A DNA stretch of 64,000 nt from an uncultured Acidimicrobiia bacterium (GCA_963836205.1 CAWIIV010000006.1:480001-544000); one strand, 5' to 3'. Counted from the stretch's first letter, positions 20,218-30,654 are shown. The notes: generated from the letters alone by a model not told the origin. Made by a program: numbers and translations.

Positions 20218-22386
20218 GTGGCAACGGCCGGTTTGGCTAACGTCGGAGCTATCGCCGATCCCTGGACGTTCATGGGCGCCAGCCCGTCGCTGGGACAGGC
20301 CGACGGCCACGTCACCCTGGTCGAAGGGGCCTCGTTCTGCATCTCCGACCGCAGCGGCGACATCCGGGCCGCCTCCGCCCAGGGCCTGTTCTTCCGCGAC
20401 ACCCGGTTCCTGTCCGGGCTCGAGCTCAAGATCAACGACTACCCGCCCGAGCCGCTGGCGGCGGAGACGTCCAACCCCTTCTCGGCCACGTTCGTCCTCC
20501 GCACCCAGACCCGGCCGGGGGCGGCCGAGAGCTCGCTCATGGTCTTCCGGTACCGGTACGTGGGACGGGGCATGCGGGAAGACCTGGTGCTCTCCAACTA
20601 CGGCGAGGAGGCGGCCTACTGCTCGGTCGAGCTCTCCTTCGCCGCCGACTTCGCCAACCTCTTCCGGGTCAAGGAGGGGCACCTGCGCAACGAGGGCAGC
20701 GTCGAGCTGCGCACGTCGGCGTCGGGGATGGCCTTCGACTACCGGCGGGGGCCGAGCACCAAGGGCCTGCGCATCGCGGCCAGCGAGCCGGCCCGGGCCC
20801 TGTCGTCCACGCTCCACTACGAGCTGGTCATCCCCGCCCGGGAGAGCTGGAACCTGTGCCTGCAGTTCACCCCCGTGATCGAGGGCGACGAGATCGAGCC
20901 CCGCTACCTGTGCGGCCAGCCGGTGGAGCAGGCCACGCCCAGCCAGCGCCTCGACCACTGGCGCAGCATCGTCCCCCGGGTGGAGACCGACTACGAGGAC
21001 CTGCGCAAGGTGGTGGCCCGGTCGGCCGAGGACCTGGGCGCCCTGCGCATCTTCGACCCCGACCACCCGGAGCGGACCGTGGTCGCCGCCGGCGCCCCCT
21101 GGTTCATGACCCTGTTCGGGCGCGACTCGCTGCTCACCGCGTGGATGGCGCTGCTGGTCGACCCCGACCTGGCCAAAGGAGTGCTCCAGACGCTGGCCCG
21201 GTTCCAGGGCACCCGGGTCGACCCCCGCCAGGACGAGGAGCCGGGCAAGATCCTCCACGAGATGCGCTTCGGCGAGGCGCCGTCGCTGTCGCTGGGCGGG
21301 GGCGACGTCTACTACGGGTCGGCCGACTCCACGCCCCTGTTCGTGATGCTGCTGGGCGAGCTGCGGCGGTGGGGCCTGGCGCCCGACGTGGTCGACGCCC
21401 TCCTGCCCGCCGCCGACCGGGCCCTGTCGTGGATCGAGGACTACGGCGACATGGACGGCGACGGCTACGTCGAGTACCGGCGGGCGTCCGACAAGGGCCT
21501 GGCCAACCAGGGCTGGAAGGACTCCTGGAACGCCATCCGCTTCGCCGACGGCCGCCTGGCCCGTCCCCCCATCGCCCTGTGCGAGGTGCAGGGCTACGTC
21601 TACGCCGCTTACCTGGCCCGGGCCCACTTCGCCGACGAGGCCGGCGACACCGAGCTGGCCGTCGACTACCGGGCCCGCGCCAACGACCTGAAAGTCCAGT
21701 TCAACCGCGACTTCTGGCTGCCCAAGCAGGGTTGGTACGCCCTGGGCCTCGACTGCGACAAGCGCCCCATCGACGCCCTCGCGTCCAACATGGGCCACTG
21801 CCTGTGGACCGGGATCGTCGACGAGGACCGGGCTCCGTTGGTGGCCGAGCGGCTGCTGTCGCCCGAGATGTTCAGCGGCTTCGGCATCCGCACGCTCGCC
21901 ACCACCATGTCGGGCTACAACCCGATCAGCTACCACATCGGGTCGATCTGGCCCCACGACAACGCCATCATCGCCGCCGGGCTCATGCGCTACGGGTTCG
22001 CCGACGAGGCCAACCGGGTGATCAAGGGCCTGCTCGACGCGGCCACCCACTTCGACCACGGCCTGCCCGAGCTGTTCGGGGGCCTGAGCCGCGACGACGT
22101 GCCGTTCCCCGTCAGCTACCCGTCGTCGTGCACGCCCCAGGCATGGTCGGCGGCGTCGCCGCTGCTGTTCCTCCGGACGCTCCTCCGGTTCGACCCGTGG
22201 GTCCCCCACGACAAGGTGTGGGTCGACCCCGAGCTCCCGGAGTGGATGGGCCGCCTGCGGATCGGCAACATCCCCCTGGCCGGCCAGCGCATCACCATCG
22301 ACGTCGACCGGGCGGGGACCAAGATCGAGGGCCTCCCCCCCGACATCGAAGTCGTCAGCGAGCCCCGCGACCCCCTGACCGCCTGA
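20218..22386 (+). CDS. Glycogen debranching enzyme-like amylo-alpha-1,6-glucosidase
   Basis: AGAPWFMTLFGRD, EEPGKILHE, NQGWKDS, GSIWPHDN, PQAWS; start uncertain. Confidence 0.88.
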   Translation: MATAGLANVGAIADPWTFMGASPSLGQADGHVTLVEGASFCISDRSGDIRAASAQGLFFRDTRFLSGLELKINDYPPEPLAAETSNPFSATFVLRTQTRPGAAESSLMVFRYRYVGRGMREDLVLSNYGEEAAYCSVELSFAADFANLFRVKEGHLRNEGSVELRTSASGMAFDYRRGPSTKGLRIAASEPARALSSTLHYELVIPARESWNLCLQFTPVIEGDEIEPRYLCGQPVEQATPSQRLDHWRSIVPRVETDYEDLRKVVARSAEDLGALRIFDPDHPERTVVAAGAPWFMTLFGRDSLLTAWMALLVDPDLAKGVLQTLARFQGTRVDPRQDEEPGKILHEMRFGEAPSLSLGGGDVYYGSADSTPLFVMLLGELRRWGLAPDVVDALLPAADRALSWIEDYGDMDGDGYVEYRRASDKGLANQGWKDSWNAIRFADGRLARPPIALCEVQGYVYAAYLARAHFADEAGDTELAVDYRARANDLKVQFNRDFWLPKQGWYALGLDCDKRPIDALASNMGHCLWTGIVDEDRAPLVAERLLSPEMFSGFGIRTLATTMSGYNPISYHIGSIWPHDNAIIAAGLMRYGFADEANRVIKGLLDAATHFDHGLPELFGGLSRDDVPFPVSYPSSCTPQAWSAASPLLFLRTLLRFDPWVPHDKVWVDPELPEWMGRLRIGNIPLAGQRITIDVDRAGTKIEGLPPDIEVVSEPRDPLTA

Positions 22387-22388
22387 CC

Positions 22389-22439
22389 GTTCGTGGGCCG
22401 GTTTGGGGGCGCCTGGCGCACCTTTTCCGACCCACGAAC
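22389..22439. repeat. REP-like palindrome, family A copy 2 (diverged); may act as terminator
   Basis: GTTCGTGGG..GGGGCGCC..GCGCACCTTTT..CCCACGAAC between convergent genes. Confidence 0.6.
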
Positions 22440-22442
22440 TTC

Positions 22443-23060
22443 CTACCAGCCCCGGTCGACCCACTCCTGGAGGTTGGGCCGCTCGGTACCGATGGTGGTG
22501 TCGGAGCCGTGGCCGGGCAGCACGAGGGTGTCAGGCGGGAGAGTGGCGAACAGGCGGTCGTCGATCGAGCGGATGATCGTGGCGAAGTCGGAGTAGGCCC
22601 ACCGGGTGGCGCCCGGCCCCCCGGGGAACAGGGTGTCGCCCGAGAACAGCACCGGTGACCCCTCGACCTTGAAGCACATCGAACCCGGCGTGTGGCCGGG
22701 CGTGAGGATGGTGTGCAGCCGCAGCCGGCCTACGGCGATCACGGTGTCGTCCTCCAGGAGGAAGTCGTACGACGGGAGCATGGCCGCGTCCTCGGCCGTC
22801 ACGCCTACCAGGTAACCCGCCTCCCGGACCGCGGGGACGGCCTGGATGTGGTCCCAGTGGCCGTGGGTCTCGAGGACCTGGCGGACGTCGAGTCGCCGGC
22901 ACAGCTCGAGCAGCTTGTCGTGCTCGTTGGCCGCGTCGAGCAACGCCGCCTCCCCCGTCTCCCGGCAGCGGACGACGAAGACGTTGTTGGCCAGCGGTCC
23001 CACCACCAGGCGGGTGATCTCGACCTGCGAGTCCTGGTAGTGGAGCGCGCCGGCAACCAT
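22443..23060 (-). CDS. MBL-fold metallo-hydrolase (glyoxalase II-like)
   Basis: THGHWDH, PGHTPGS, SGDTLF, PGHG. Confidence 0.9.
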   Translation of the reverse strand: MVAGALHYQDSQVEITRLVVGPLANNVFVVRCRETGEAALLDAANEHDKLLELCRRLDVRQVLETHGHWDHIQAVPAVREAGYLVGVTAEDAAMLPSYDFLLEDDTVIAVGRLRLHTILTPGHTPGSMCFKVEGSPVLFSGDTLFPGGPGATRWAYSDFATIIRSIDDRLFATLPPDTLVLPGHGSDTTIGTERPNLQEWVDRGW

Positions 23061-23147
23061 GCAGTCGAGTATGGCGCCGAGCGCGCGCCTCGGCGGTCGC
23101 CGTCTGGGTTGAGCCCCGAGTCTGTGGAAGTCTCGACAGGGGGAGGC

Positions 23148-24551
23148 ATGGACGGCGAGGCATCCGAGAACCGAACAGCAGCAGCCGCAGAAGTCGCTGT
23201 CAGCTACTCAAGCCGCGACCGCACGCAGGTAGTCGAGTTCGTCGAGCAGCTTCGCCAAGCCGGGGTCTCAGTATGGATCGACTACGGCAGCATCGACGGA
23301 GCGCTCTTGTGGCACCAGGAGATCGCCGACGCGATCGAGGCGTGCAAGGCGCTCGTGCTCTTCGCGTCGGCGGCGTCGCTGAGCTCGCCGCATGTCGTCC
23401 GGGAGGTGTCGTTGGCCTTGGACATGAACAAGCCGATCCTGCCTGTGTTTCTGGAAGCCACCGAGATCCCCCGGTCGCTTCGCTACCAACTGACTGGCAT
23501 CCAGCACATCAAATTCCACTCCGGTGACCCCAGCGAGACCTACGCGGCGGTCCTCCGCTCGCTCTCACGACTGGGCGTCGAGATCCGGAAGCCGATCGCC
23601 TCAGTCCGCGCAGCACCCGAGGAGCCCAGTTCCGTCCCGCTCCGCGTCGCCCGCCCACCAGTGCCGAACGTGGTGAGGCCCCGAGCCCCCGCCGGGGCCG
23701 CCCAGCGGGTTCATCGCCGGTCGCCGGGCGTCGGACATGAGGTCCGTGCAGGGGCAAGGGCCAATATCGAGGCGGCCGGGAGGTCGTCCCGAGGGCCATG
23801 GAAGATCGCGGCCGCTTCGATTCTCCTCGTTGTGGCGGTCGTGATCGGATTCTTGCAGCTGGCCCCCGAGCGGGGCAGCGATGGATCGACACTCAGCGAC
23901 CACCCAAGCACTACGGCGAGCACCGCCGCCGCCGGGTCCGGTACGCCTGTTAGCCTGCCGACCCCAGTCACGGGTGCATCGATCACCGGCGAAACCCCGT
24001 GCCCGAACGTCGACGGGTCGTCGCCCCGCACGACGGCCTTCGCCAAGGCGCCCCCGACGTGCATCGACGCCGGTAGGGCCTACGCCGCCGAAATGCAGAC
24101 GTCGAAGGGCCTCATCACGATCACCCTCGATGCCGACAGCGCACCCCTGACGGTGAACAACTTCGTGGTCCTGGCCCGCTACCACTTCTTCGACACACTG
24201 CCCTTTCACCGCATTGTCAGGGGCTTCGTTGTACAGGGGGGCTCACCCGATGCGACGGGCGCTGGTGGACCCGGCTACCGGTTCGCCGACGAGCTGCCCC
24301 CGGCCGACGGCTACGAGCTGGGGGCGGTCGCCATGGCCAATTCGGGTGCCGACACCAATGGCAGCCAGTTTTTCATCGTCTCGGGCGATCCGAGTTCCTT
24401 GGCGCCCAGCTACACGCTGTTCGGCGAGGTCACCGCCGGCCTTGACGTTGTTAGGGACATCGACGCCGCCGGCCTACCTGGATCGGATTCGGATGCGGGC
24501 AAGCCTACCGAGGTCGTAACCATCCAGTCGGTGGTAATCCAAGAGAGCTGA
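23148..24551 (+). CDS. TIR domain - TM helix - cyclophilin-type peptidyl-prolyl isomerase fusion
   Basis: TIR: VSYSSRD...VWID...EIADAIEAC...SPHVVREV; TM IAAASILLVVAVVIGFL; cyclophilin FHRIVRGFVVQGG, AMANSGADTNGSQFFI; GGGAGG before ATG. Confidence 0.85.
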   Translation: MDGEASENRTAAAAEVAVSYSSRDRTQVVEFVEQLRQAGVSVWIDYGSIDGALLWHQEIADAIEACKALVLFASAASLSSPHVVREVSLALDMNKPILPVFLEATEIPRSLRYQLTGIQHIKFHSGDPSETYAAVLRSLSRLGVEIRKPIASVRAAPEEPSSVPLRVARPPVPNVVRPRAPAGAAQRVHRRSPGVGHEVRAGARANIEAAGRSSRGPWKIAAASILLVVAVVIGFLQLAPERGSDGSTLSDHPSTTASTAAAGSGTPVSLPTPVTGASITGETPCPNVDGSSPRTTAFAKAPPTCIDAGRAYAAEMQTSKGLITITLDADSAPLTVNNFVVLARYHFFDTLPFHRIVRGFVVQGGSPDATGAGGPGYRFADELPPADGYELGAVAMANSGADTNGSQFFIVSGDPSSLAPSYTLFGEVTAGLDVVRDIDAAGLPGSDSDAGKPTEVVTIQSVVIQES

Positions 24552-24587
24552 GGGGGAAGAGTCGGCACCCGCCGCTAGCCTGCCCGG

Positions 24588-25022
24588 GTGGCCGTGATCC
24601 TCGTGGCGCTGGCGATCGCAGGTGTCTTCGCCATCGCCGCCGTCGTCATCGGCCGGGAGGTCCGCCGGCTGGCCGCCCGGCCCCCGCAGCGGTCGTTCGA
24701 CTTCGAGGAGGCGGTGGCCTACGTGTGCGACCACGTCGGGCTCGAGGTGGCCTCCGTCTTGAGCCCCGACGACGTCCGCAAGATCCTCGACTGGCACCTC
24801 GAGTACTTCCGCCTCCGGGGGGTGGCGTCGAACGGCGACCGGCCTCACACCGACGGGCCGGTGGTGGTCAGCGGGGCGGAGACGGTGGACTTCGTGCTCA
24901 TGCAGTCGGAGGCGAGCGGCACCCCGTACACGCCCGCCCAGGTCCACGCCGTCCTCGACGCCCAGATGCGTTACCTGGAGGAGATCGGGGCCGTCGGCCA
25001 GGTCGCCGATCCCGACGAGTAA
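24588..25022 (+). CDS. Hypothetical protein with N-terminal TM helix
   Basis: 144 aa ORF with host-like codon usage. Confidence 0.7.
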   Translation: MAVILVALAIAGVFAIAAVVIGREVRRLAARPPQRSFDFEEAVAYVCDHVGLEVASVLSPDDVRKILDWHLEYFRLRGVASNGDRPHTDGPVVVSGAETVDFVLMQSEASGTPYTPAQVHAVLDAQMRYLEEIGAVGQVADPDE

Positions 25023-25061
25023 ACGTCACCACTTTTGGCCGCCGGTGTGCTTTCATACGTA

Positions 25062-25277
25062 CACCGAAGAAAGGAGGTGGTCCAACTGAGCGATAGTTGT
25101 CTTGGGACCTCGGAGGTGGCTGTCCGCTAGCGGCAGCTGGGCCACGCTGGCGAATACCGCCAGTCACCGCTCGAGATCACGTCCGGAGCTGGTCCCGCCC
25201 GGAGTAGTCCGTTGATCTCGGGTTTTCCTTTCCAGCTAGAACTACAGCCGAGGGGGCGCACACCGCGCCCCCTCGGC
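25062..25277 (+). ncRNA. Putative structured RNA / small-ORF transcript of unknown family
   Basis: Several nested stems, SD AAAGGAGGTG, 14-codon ORF 25086-25130, terminal hairpin GCCGAGGGGGCGC..GCGCCCCCTCGGC. Confidence 0.5.
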
Positions 25278-25305
25278 GCGAGGCGGGCTCCGAACGGGGG
25301 TGGTC

Positions 25306-26064
25306 ATGCGTATCGACATCGATTCGGGCGGTCTGCGGCTGTCCGGCCACCTCTACCGGCCGACTGACGACTCCGGCGACACTCCGTCACGGGGGCTGGT
25401 GCTGTGCCACGGCTTCCCGGCCGGGCCCGGCGGCTCGGCCACGTCGGGGCAGACGTTCCCCGAGTTCGCCGAGCGGTTGGCCGCCGACACCGGCTGGACC
25501 GTCCTCACCTTCAACTTCCGGGGCACGGGCTCGTCCGAGGGTGACTTCTCGCTCTCCGGCTGGCTCACCGACCTGCGGGCGGCCATCGACTTCCTCCTCG
25601 CCACCGGGCTGGTCACGGGCGTGTGGCTGGCCGGTTCGGGCACGGGCGGCGCCGTCGCCATCTGCGCCGCGGCCGAGGACGACCGGGTGCAGGGCGTCGC
25701 CGCCCTCGCCCCCCACGCCGACTTCCGCGACTGGGGCGCCGATCCCGACGGGTTCCTCGACCACACCCGGCGCATCGGCGTGGTGCGCGACCCCCACTTC
25801 CCCCCCGACATGGACCTGTGGACCCGGGAGCTGCTCGAGATCCGGCCCATCGTGGTCATCGGCAAGCTCCCGCCCCGGCCGGTGCTGCTCGTCCACGGCG
25901 GCGACGACGAGATCGTCCACCTCCAGGACGCCCGCTGGCTGGCCGACGCCACCGACGGCAAGGCCGAGCTGCGCATCGTCCCCGGCGCCGGCCACCGCCT
26001 CCGTCACGACCCCCGGGCGGTCGCCATCCTCATCGGGTGGCTGGAGCGTCAGCCGGTCGACTGA
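25306..26064 (+). CDS. Alpha/beta hydrolase-fold protein
   Basis: LCHGFP, FNFRGTGSSEG, GSGTGG at the nucleophile elbow (canonical Ser position is Gly), HGGDDEIV, GAGH. Confidence 0.8.
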   Translation: MRIDIDSGGLRLSGHLYRPTDDSGDTPSRGLVLCHGFPAGPGGSATSGQTFPEFAERLAADTGWTVLTFNFRGTGSSEGDFSLSGWLTDLRAAIDFLLATGLVTGVWLAGSGTGGAVAICAAAEDDRVQGVAALAPHADFRDWGADPDGFLDHTRRIGVVRDPHFPPDMDLWTRELLEIRPIVVIGKLPPRPVLLVHGGDDEIVHLQDARWLADATDGKAELRIVPGAGHRLRHDPRAVAILIGWLERQPVD

Positions 26065-26705
26065 TCGGCGGCGTCGATGGCGGCGTCGATCGCCCCACGG
26101 AGGGCGGCGGCGGCCGTTTTGGGATCGTCGGACTCCGTCAGCCACCGCACGACCACGAAGCGCCGGGCGCCGGCGGCCACCATGTCGGCGACAGTGGCGG
26201 GGCTCACCCCCCCGGTGACGAACCAGGGCCGGGCGTGGTTAACGGTGCCGGCTGCGTACCGGAGGTATCCCAGCCCGGTTCCGGGGCGGCCGGGCTTGGT
26301 CGGCGTGGGCGACACCGGCCCGGTGGACACGTAGTCGACCGGCTCCTGGGCGGCGGCGTCGAGCTCCGAGGGGGCATGAGTCGAGAAGCCGACGATGGCT
26401 GCGGGGCCGAGGATGCGGCGGACGAGGGCGGGAGGGGCGTCGTCCTGGCCCACGTGGACGCCGTCGGCCCCCACCTCGAGGGCCAGGTCGGGACGGTCGT
26501 TGAGGATGAAGGGCACGCCGTAGTCATGGCACATGGCCGCCGCCACCCGGGCCCGGTCGATGAGGGGTCGGGCGTCGAGGCGCTTGTCCCGGAGCTGGAC
26601 CAGGTCGACGCCACCGGCGATGCAGGCGGCGAGGAAGGCGGCCAGGTCGGGGCGGTCGGCGGTGCAGAGGTAGAGCCGGCGGCCGTCCAGGTCGAGGGCG
26701 GTCAT
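26049..26705 (-). CDS. thiE: Thiamine-phosphate synthase
   Basis: VQLRDK, LNDRPD, GVHVGQDD, PTPTKP. Confidence 0.92.
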   Translation of the reverse strand: MTALDLDGRRLYLCTADRPDLAAFLAACIAGGVDLVQLRDKRLDARPLIDRARVAAAMCHDYGVPFILNDRPDLALEVGADGVHVGQDDAPPALVRRILGPAAIVGFSTHAPSELDAAAQEPVDYVSTGPVSPTPTKPGRPGTGLGYLRYAAGTVNHARPWFVTGGVSPATVADMVAAGARRFVVVRWLTESDDPKTAAAALRGAIDAAIDAADQSTG

Positions 26706-26866
26706 CCGGTCACCCGCCGGCGCCGGCCCGCACCAGCTCCAGCCGGTCGCCTTCGGCCAGGGTGGTGCAGAGGTAGAGCCGGCGGCCGTCCAGGTCGAGG
26801 GCGGTCATCCGGTCACCCGCCGGCGACGGCCCGCACCAGCTCCAGCCGGTCGCCCTCGGCCAGGGT
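26661..26866. repeat. 103-bp tandem duplication of the thiS 3' end / thiE 5' start
   Basis: 26661-26763 vs 26764-26866, two mismatches. Confidence 0.9.
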
Positions 26867-27016
26867 GGTGGTCGACAGGAGGCGCCGCTCGACCGGCTCG
26901 CCGTTGCGCTCCACCAGCACCCACCGTCCGCCGAGGCCGAGCGCGGTCAGCAGGTCGTCGACCGTCGATCCGTCGGGCAGCTCGACGGCGTCGCCGTTGG
27001 CCACCACGACGATCAT
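26813..27016 (-). CDS. thiS: Sulfur carrier protein ThiS
   Basis: 67 aa ending ELVRAVAGG. Confidence 0.92.
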   Translation of the reverse strand: MIVVVANGDAVELPDGSTVDDLLTALGLGGRWVLVERNGEPVERRLLSTTTLAEGDRLELVRAVAGG

Positions 27017-27026
27017 CGGACCGTGA

Positions 27027-27605
27027 TCATTGGGCGGCCTTGGCCGCCGCCTTCTTCGCCCGCTTGTACTCCCGCACCTTGGCCAGCGACTCGGGGCTGT
27101 CGATGTCGGCCACCGAGTAGAACCCGTCGGACGAGTAGGGACCGGCCGCCTCCTCCCATCCCGGCGGCTGCACGCCCAGGCGCTTGGCCAGCAGGGCCAG
27201 GAAGATGCGGGCCTTCTGGTCGCCGAAGCCGGGCAGGGCCTTCAGCCGCTGGTAGAGCTCGGTGCCGGTGTCGGCCGTCTCCCACACCGCGGCGGCCGAG
27301 CCGCCGTAGTCGTCGACGAGGGTCCGGGCCAACGCCTGGGTGCGGGCCGCCATCGACCCCGGGAAGCGGTGCAAGGCCGGCGGGCGGGCGAAGACGGCGG
27401 CCAGGGCCTCGGGGTCGTGGTCGGCGATGTCGGCCGGGTCGAGCCGCCCGCCGAGGCGCTCCTTGAGGTCGAAGGGGCTGCGGAACGCCTTCTCCATCGG
27501 GATCTGCTGGTCGAGGAGCATGCCGATGAGCAGGGCGAACGGGTCGCTCGACAGGAGCTCGTCGGCGGCCTCGTCGCCGGTGAGGTGGAGCGCGTTCGGA
27601 GCCAT
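27027..27605 (-). CDS. HhH-GPD-type base-excision repair-like protein
   Basis: LLIGMLLDQQIPMEKAF, LPGFGDQKARIF. Confidence 0.85.
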   Translation of the reverse strand: MAPNALHLTGDEAADELLSSDPFALLIGMLLDQQIPMEKAFRSPFDLKERLGGRLDPADIADHDPEALAAVFARPPALHRFPGSMAARTQALARTLVDDYGGSAAAVWETADTGTELYQRLKALPGFGDQKARIFLALLAKRLGVQPPGWEEAAGPYSSDGFYSVADIDSPESLAKVREYKRAKKAAAKAAQ

Positions 27606-27609
27606 GCCC

Positions 27610-27885
27610 TCAGTCTGCCGCCTTCAGGTCCTTACCGACGAAGAACCCGCCGAAGGGGATGGCGGCGGCCACGATCACCCAGATGGTCCGTCCGAGGCCC
27701 CACCCCTGGCTGGGCCGCACCTTGATGACGAGGATCACGTAGGCGAGGAAGATGATCCCGTGGACCATCCCCACGACGGGGACGAGGTCGGGCCCCTCGA
27801 CCACCCGCTTCACGAAGCTGGCGCAGAGGAGGATGAGGAAGCTGACCGCCTCGATGTAGGCGACCGCACGGAAGTTCTTGATCAC
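27610..27885 (-). CDS. DUF3817-like membrane protein
   Basis: FRAVAYIEAVS, GMVHG, IPFGGF. Confidence 0.75.
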   Translation of the reverse strand: MIKNFRAVAYIEAVSFLILLCASFVKRVVEGPDLVPVVGMVHGIIFLAYVILVIKVRPSQGWGLGRTIWVIVAAAIPFGGFFVGKDLKAAD

Positions 27886-27942
27886 CGGCGCAGCCTCCCA
27901 TCGGCCGGGCCGCCGGCACCACTTGTGGGCGACGCCGCCGCG

Positions 27943-30654
27943 TCACCGCACGCGGGGGTCGGGGATATCGGGGTCGAGGCCGTAGTGGGCGATGGCGTCG
28001 GCCACGTCCTGGGGTTTGCCGTCGTCGGCCCGGGCGAGGGACTCGAGGACGGCCACCACCACGTGGGCGGCGTCGGTCTCGAAGTGGCGGCGGAGGTTGG
28101 CCGACGTGTCGGAGCGGCCGTAGCCGTCGGTGCCCAGGGCCACGAACGGCCGCGGGATCCACCGGGCCACCTGGTCGGGCACCATCTTCATGAAGTCGGT
28201 GACGGCCACCACCGGTCCCTCGGCCCCGGCGAGGGCCTCGGTCACGTACGGCGTGCGGGGCGGGTCGGTGGGGTGCAGCCGGTTCCACCGCTCGACGGAG
28301 AGAGCGTCCTCCCGCAGGGCCTTGTACGACGTGGCGCTCCACAGCTCGGCGGCCACGTCGTGGTCGGCGGCCAGCATCGTCTGGGCCTCCCGGGCCGCGC
28401 CCTGGGCGGTGCCGGAGAAGAGCACGGTCGCTTTGCGGCTGGGCCCGTCGGGAGCGGCCGCGAACCGGTACAGGCCCCGCCGAATCCCGTCCTCCACGTC
28501 CCCTGGATTTTGGCCCTCGGGCAACGGCGGCATGGCGTAGTTCTCGTTGTACAGGGTGAGGTAGTAGAAGACGTCCTCCGGCTCGGGGCCGTACATGCGA
28601 CGGATGCCGTCCTCCACGATCACGCCCAGCTCGTAGGCGAAGGCGGGGTCGTAGGCGGCCAGGTTGGGCACGGTGGAGCCGAGGACCAGGCTGTGGCCGT
28701 CGGCGTGCTGGAGGCCCTCGCCGTGGAGGGTGGTGCGGCCGGCAGTGGCGCCGCACAGGAACCCCCGTCCCCGGGAGTCGCCGAAGGCCCAGATGAGGTC
28801 GCCCACCCGCTGGAACCCGAACATCGAGTAGAAGATGAAGAACGGCAGCATCGGCGTGCCGTGGGTGGCGTAGGCGGTGCCGGCGGCGGTGAAGCTGGCC
28901 ATGGACCCGGCCTCGGTGATGCCCTCCTCCAGGATCTGGCCGTCCTTCGACTCCTTGTACGACAGGAGGAGGTGGGCGTCGACCGGCTCGTAGAGCTGGC
29001 CGTGGGCCGCGTAGATGCCCACCTCGGGGAAGAGGGAGTCCATGCCGAAGGTGCGGGCCTCGTCGGGGATGATCGGCACCACCCGCTGGCCGAGGCCCTT
29101 GTCGCGGAGGAGGTCGCGCAGGAGGCCGGCGAAGGCCATGGTGGTGGACACCTGGCGGGAGCCCGAGCCGGCCTTGGTGGCGTCGAACACCTTGGCCTCG
29201 GGCATGGGGAGCTCGCGCTGGCGGCGGACGACCCGCTTCGGCAGGGACCCGGCCAGGGCCCGCCGCCGCTCCATCATGTACTCGAACTCGGGGGACTCCT
29301 CGGCCGGGCGGCAGTAGGGCGGCTGGTCGGTGTCCTCCAGGGCCGCGTCGGAGAGCAGGTCGTCGATGTGGAGCCGGTCGCGGAACTCGCGCAGGTTCTT
29401 CTTCGACATCTTCTTGATCTGGTGGGTGGCGTTGCGGGCCTCCACCTCGGGGCCGAGGGTCCAGCCTTTGATGGTCTTGGCCAGGATGGCGGTGGGCGCC
29501 CCTTCGTGCTCGACCGCGGCCCGGTAGGCGGCGTAAAGCTTGCGGTAGTCGTGCCCGCCCCGGGGGAGGGTGCGCAGCTCGTCGTCGGTGAGGTCGTCGA
29601 CGAGGGCGCGTAGCCGGGGATCGGGACCGAAGAAGTGCTGGCGGATGTAGGCCCCTGACTCCACTGAGTACTTCTGGAACTCGCCGTCGAGGGTGGTGTT
29701 CATCTTGTTGACGAGGACACCGTCGCGGTCCTTGGCGAGGAGCTCGTCCCACTTGGAGCCCCAGATGACCTTGATCACGTTCCACCCCGCGCCCCGGAAC
29801 ACCGCCTCCAGCTCCTGGATGATCTTGCCGTTGCCTCGGACGGGGCCGTCGAGGCGCTGGAGGTTGCAGTTGACGACGAACGTGAGGTTGTCGAGGGACT
29901 CTCTGGCGGCCAGGCTCAGGGCGCCGAGGGATTCGGGTTCGTCGCACTCGCCGTCGCCCAGGAAGGCCCACACTCGTGAGCGACTGGTGTCGACGATGCG
30001 GCGGTTGGCCAGGTAACGGTTGAAGCGGGCCTGGTAGATGGCGTTGATGGGGCCGATGCCCATGCTGACGGTGGGGTACTCCCAGAAGTCGGGCATGAGC
30101 CGGGGGTGGGGATAGCTCGACAGCCCGTTGCCCCCGATTTCCTGGCGGAAGTTGTCGAGCTGGGCCTCGGTCAGGCGGCCCTCGAGGAAAGCCCGGGCGT
30201 AGATGCCGGGGGCGGCATGGCCCTGGAAGAAGACCTGGTCGCCGGGCTGGCCGTCCTCCTTGCCCCGGAAGAAGTGGTTGAAGCCCACCTCGTAGAGGGC
30301 GGCAGAGCTGGCGTAGGTGGCGAGGTGGCCGCCGATGCCCGGGGCCTTGGCATTGGCCCGGGTGACCATGACCGCCGCGTTCCACCGCACGAAGGCCCGG
30401 ATGCGCCGCTCCATGGTCTCGTCGCCCGGGAACCACGGCTCCCGCTCGGGCGGGATGGAGTTGATGTAGTCGCTCGACACGGTGGCCGGGAAGCCCACCT
30501 GGAGCTCGCGAGCGCGCTCGAGGAGTTTCATCACGAGGAACCGGGCCCGGGTCTTGCCCCGGACGTCGACCACGGCGTCGAGCGAGTCCACCCACTCGGA
30601 CGTCTCCTGGGGATCGATGTCGGGAAGCTGGGCGGAGAATCCGTCGAAGATCAC
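27943..30654 (-). CDS. aceE: Pyruvate dehydrogenase E1, homodimeric
   Basis: [45 protein letters not shown]. Confidence 0.96.
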   Translation of the reverse strand: MIFDGFSAQLPDIDPQETSEWVDSLDAVVDVRGKTRARFLVMKLLERARELQVGFPATVSSDYINSIPPEREPWFPGDETMERRIRAFVRWNAAVMVTRANAKAPGIGGHLATYASSAALYEVGFNHFFRGKEDGQPGDQVFFQGHAAPGIYARAFLEGRLTEAQLDNFRQEIGGNGLSSYPHPRLMPDFWEYPTVSMGIGPINAIYQARFNRYLANRRIVDTSRSRVWAFLGDGECDEPESLGALSLAARESLDNLTFVVNCNLQRLDGPVRGNGKIIQELEAVFRGAGWNVIKVIWGSKWDELLAKDRDGVLVNKMNTTLDGEFQKYSVESGAYIRQHFFGPDPRLRALVDDLTDDELRTLPRGGHDYRKLYAAYRAAVEHEGAPTAILAKTIKGWTLGPEVEARNATHQIKKMSKKNLREFRDRLHIDDLLSDAALEDTDQPPYCRPAEESPEFEYMMERRRALAGSLPKRVVRRQRELPMPEAKVFDATKAGSGSRQVSTTMAFAGLLRDLLRDKGLGQRVVPIIPDEARTFGMDSLFPEVGIYAAHGQLYEPVDAHLLLSYKESKDGQILEEGITEAGSMASFTAAGTAYATHGTPMLPFFIFYSMFGFQRVGDLIWAFGDSRGRGFLCGATAGRTTLHGEGLQHADGHSLVLGSTVPNLAAYDPAFAYELGVIVEDGIRRMYGPEPEDVFYYLTLYNENYAMPPLPEGQNPGDVEDGIRRGLYRFAAAPDGPSRKATVLFSGTAQGAAREAQTMLAADHDVAAELWSATSYKALREDALSVERWNRLHPTDPPRTPYVTEALAGAEGPVVAVTDFMKMVPDQVARWIPRPFVALGTDGYGRSDTSANLRRHFETDAAHVVVAVLESLARADDGKPQDVADAIAHYGLDPDIPDPRVR

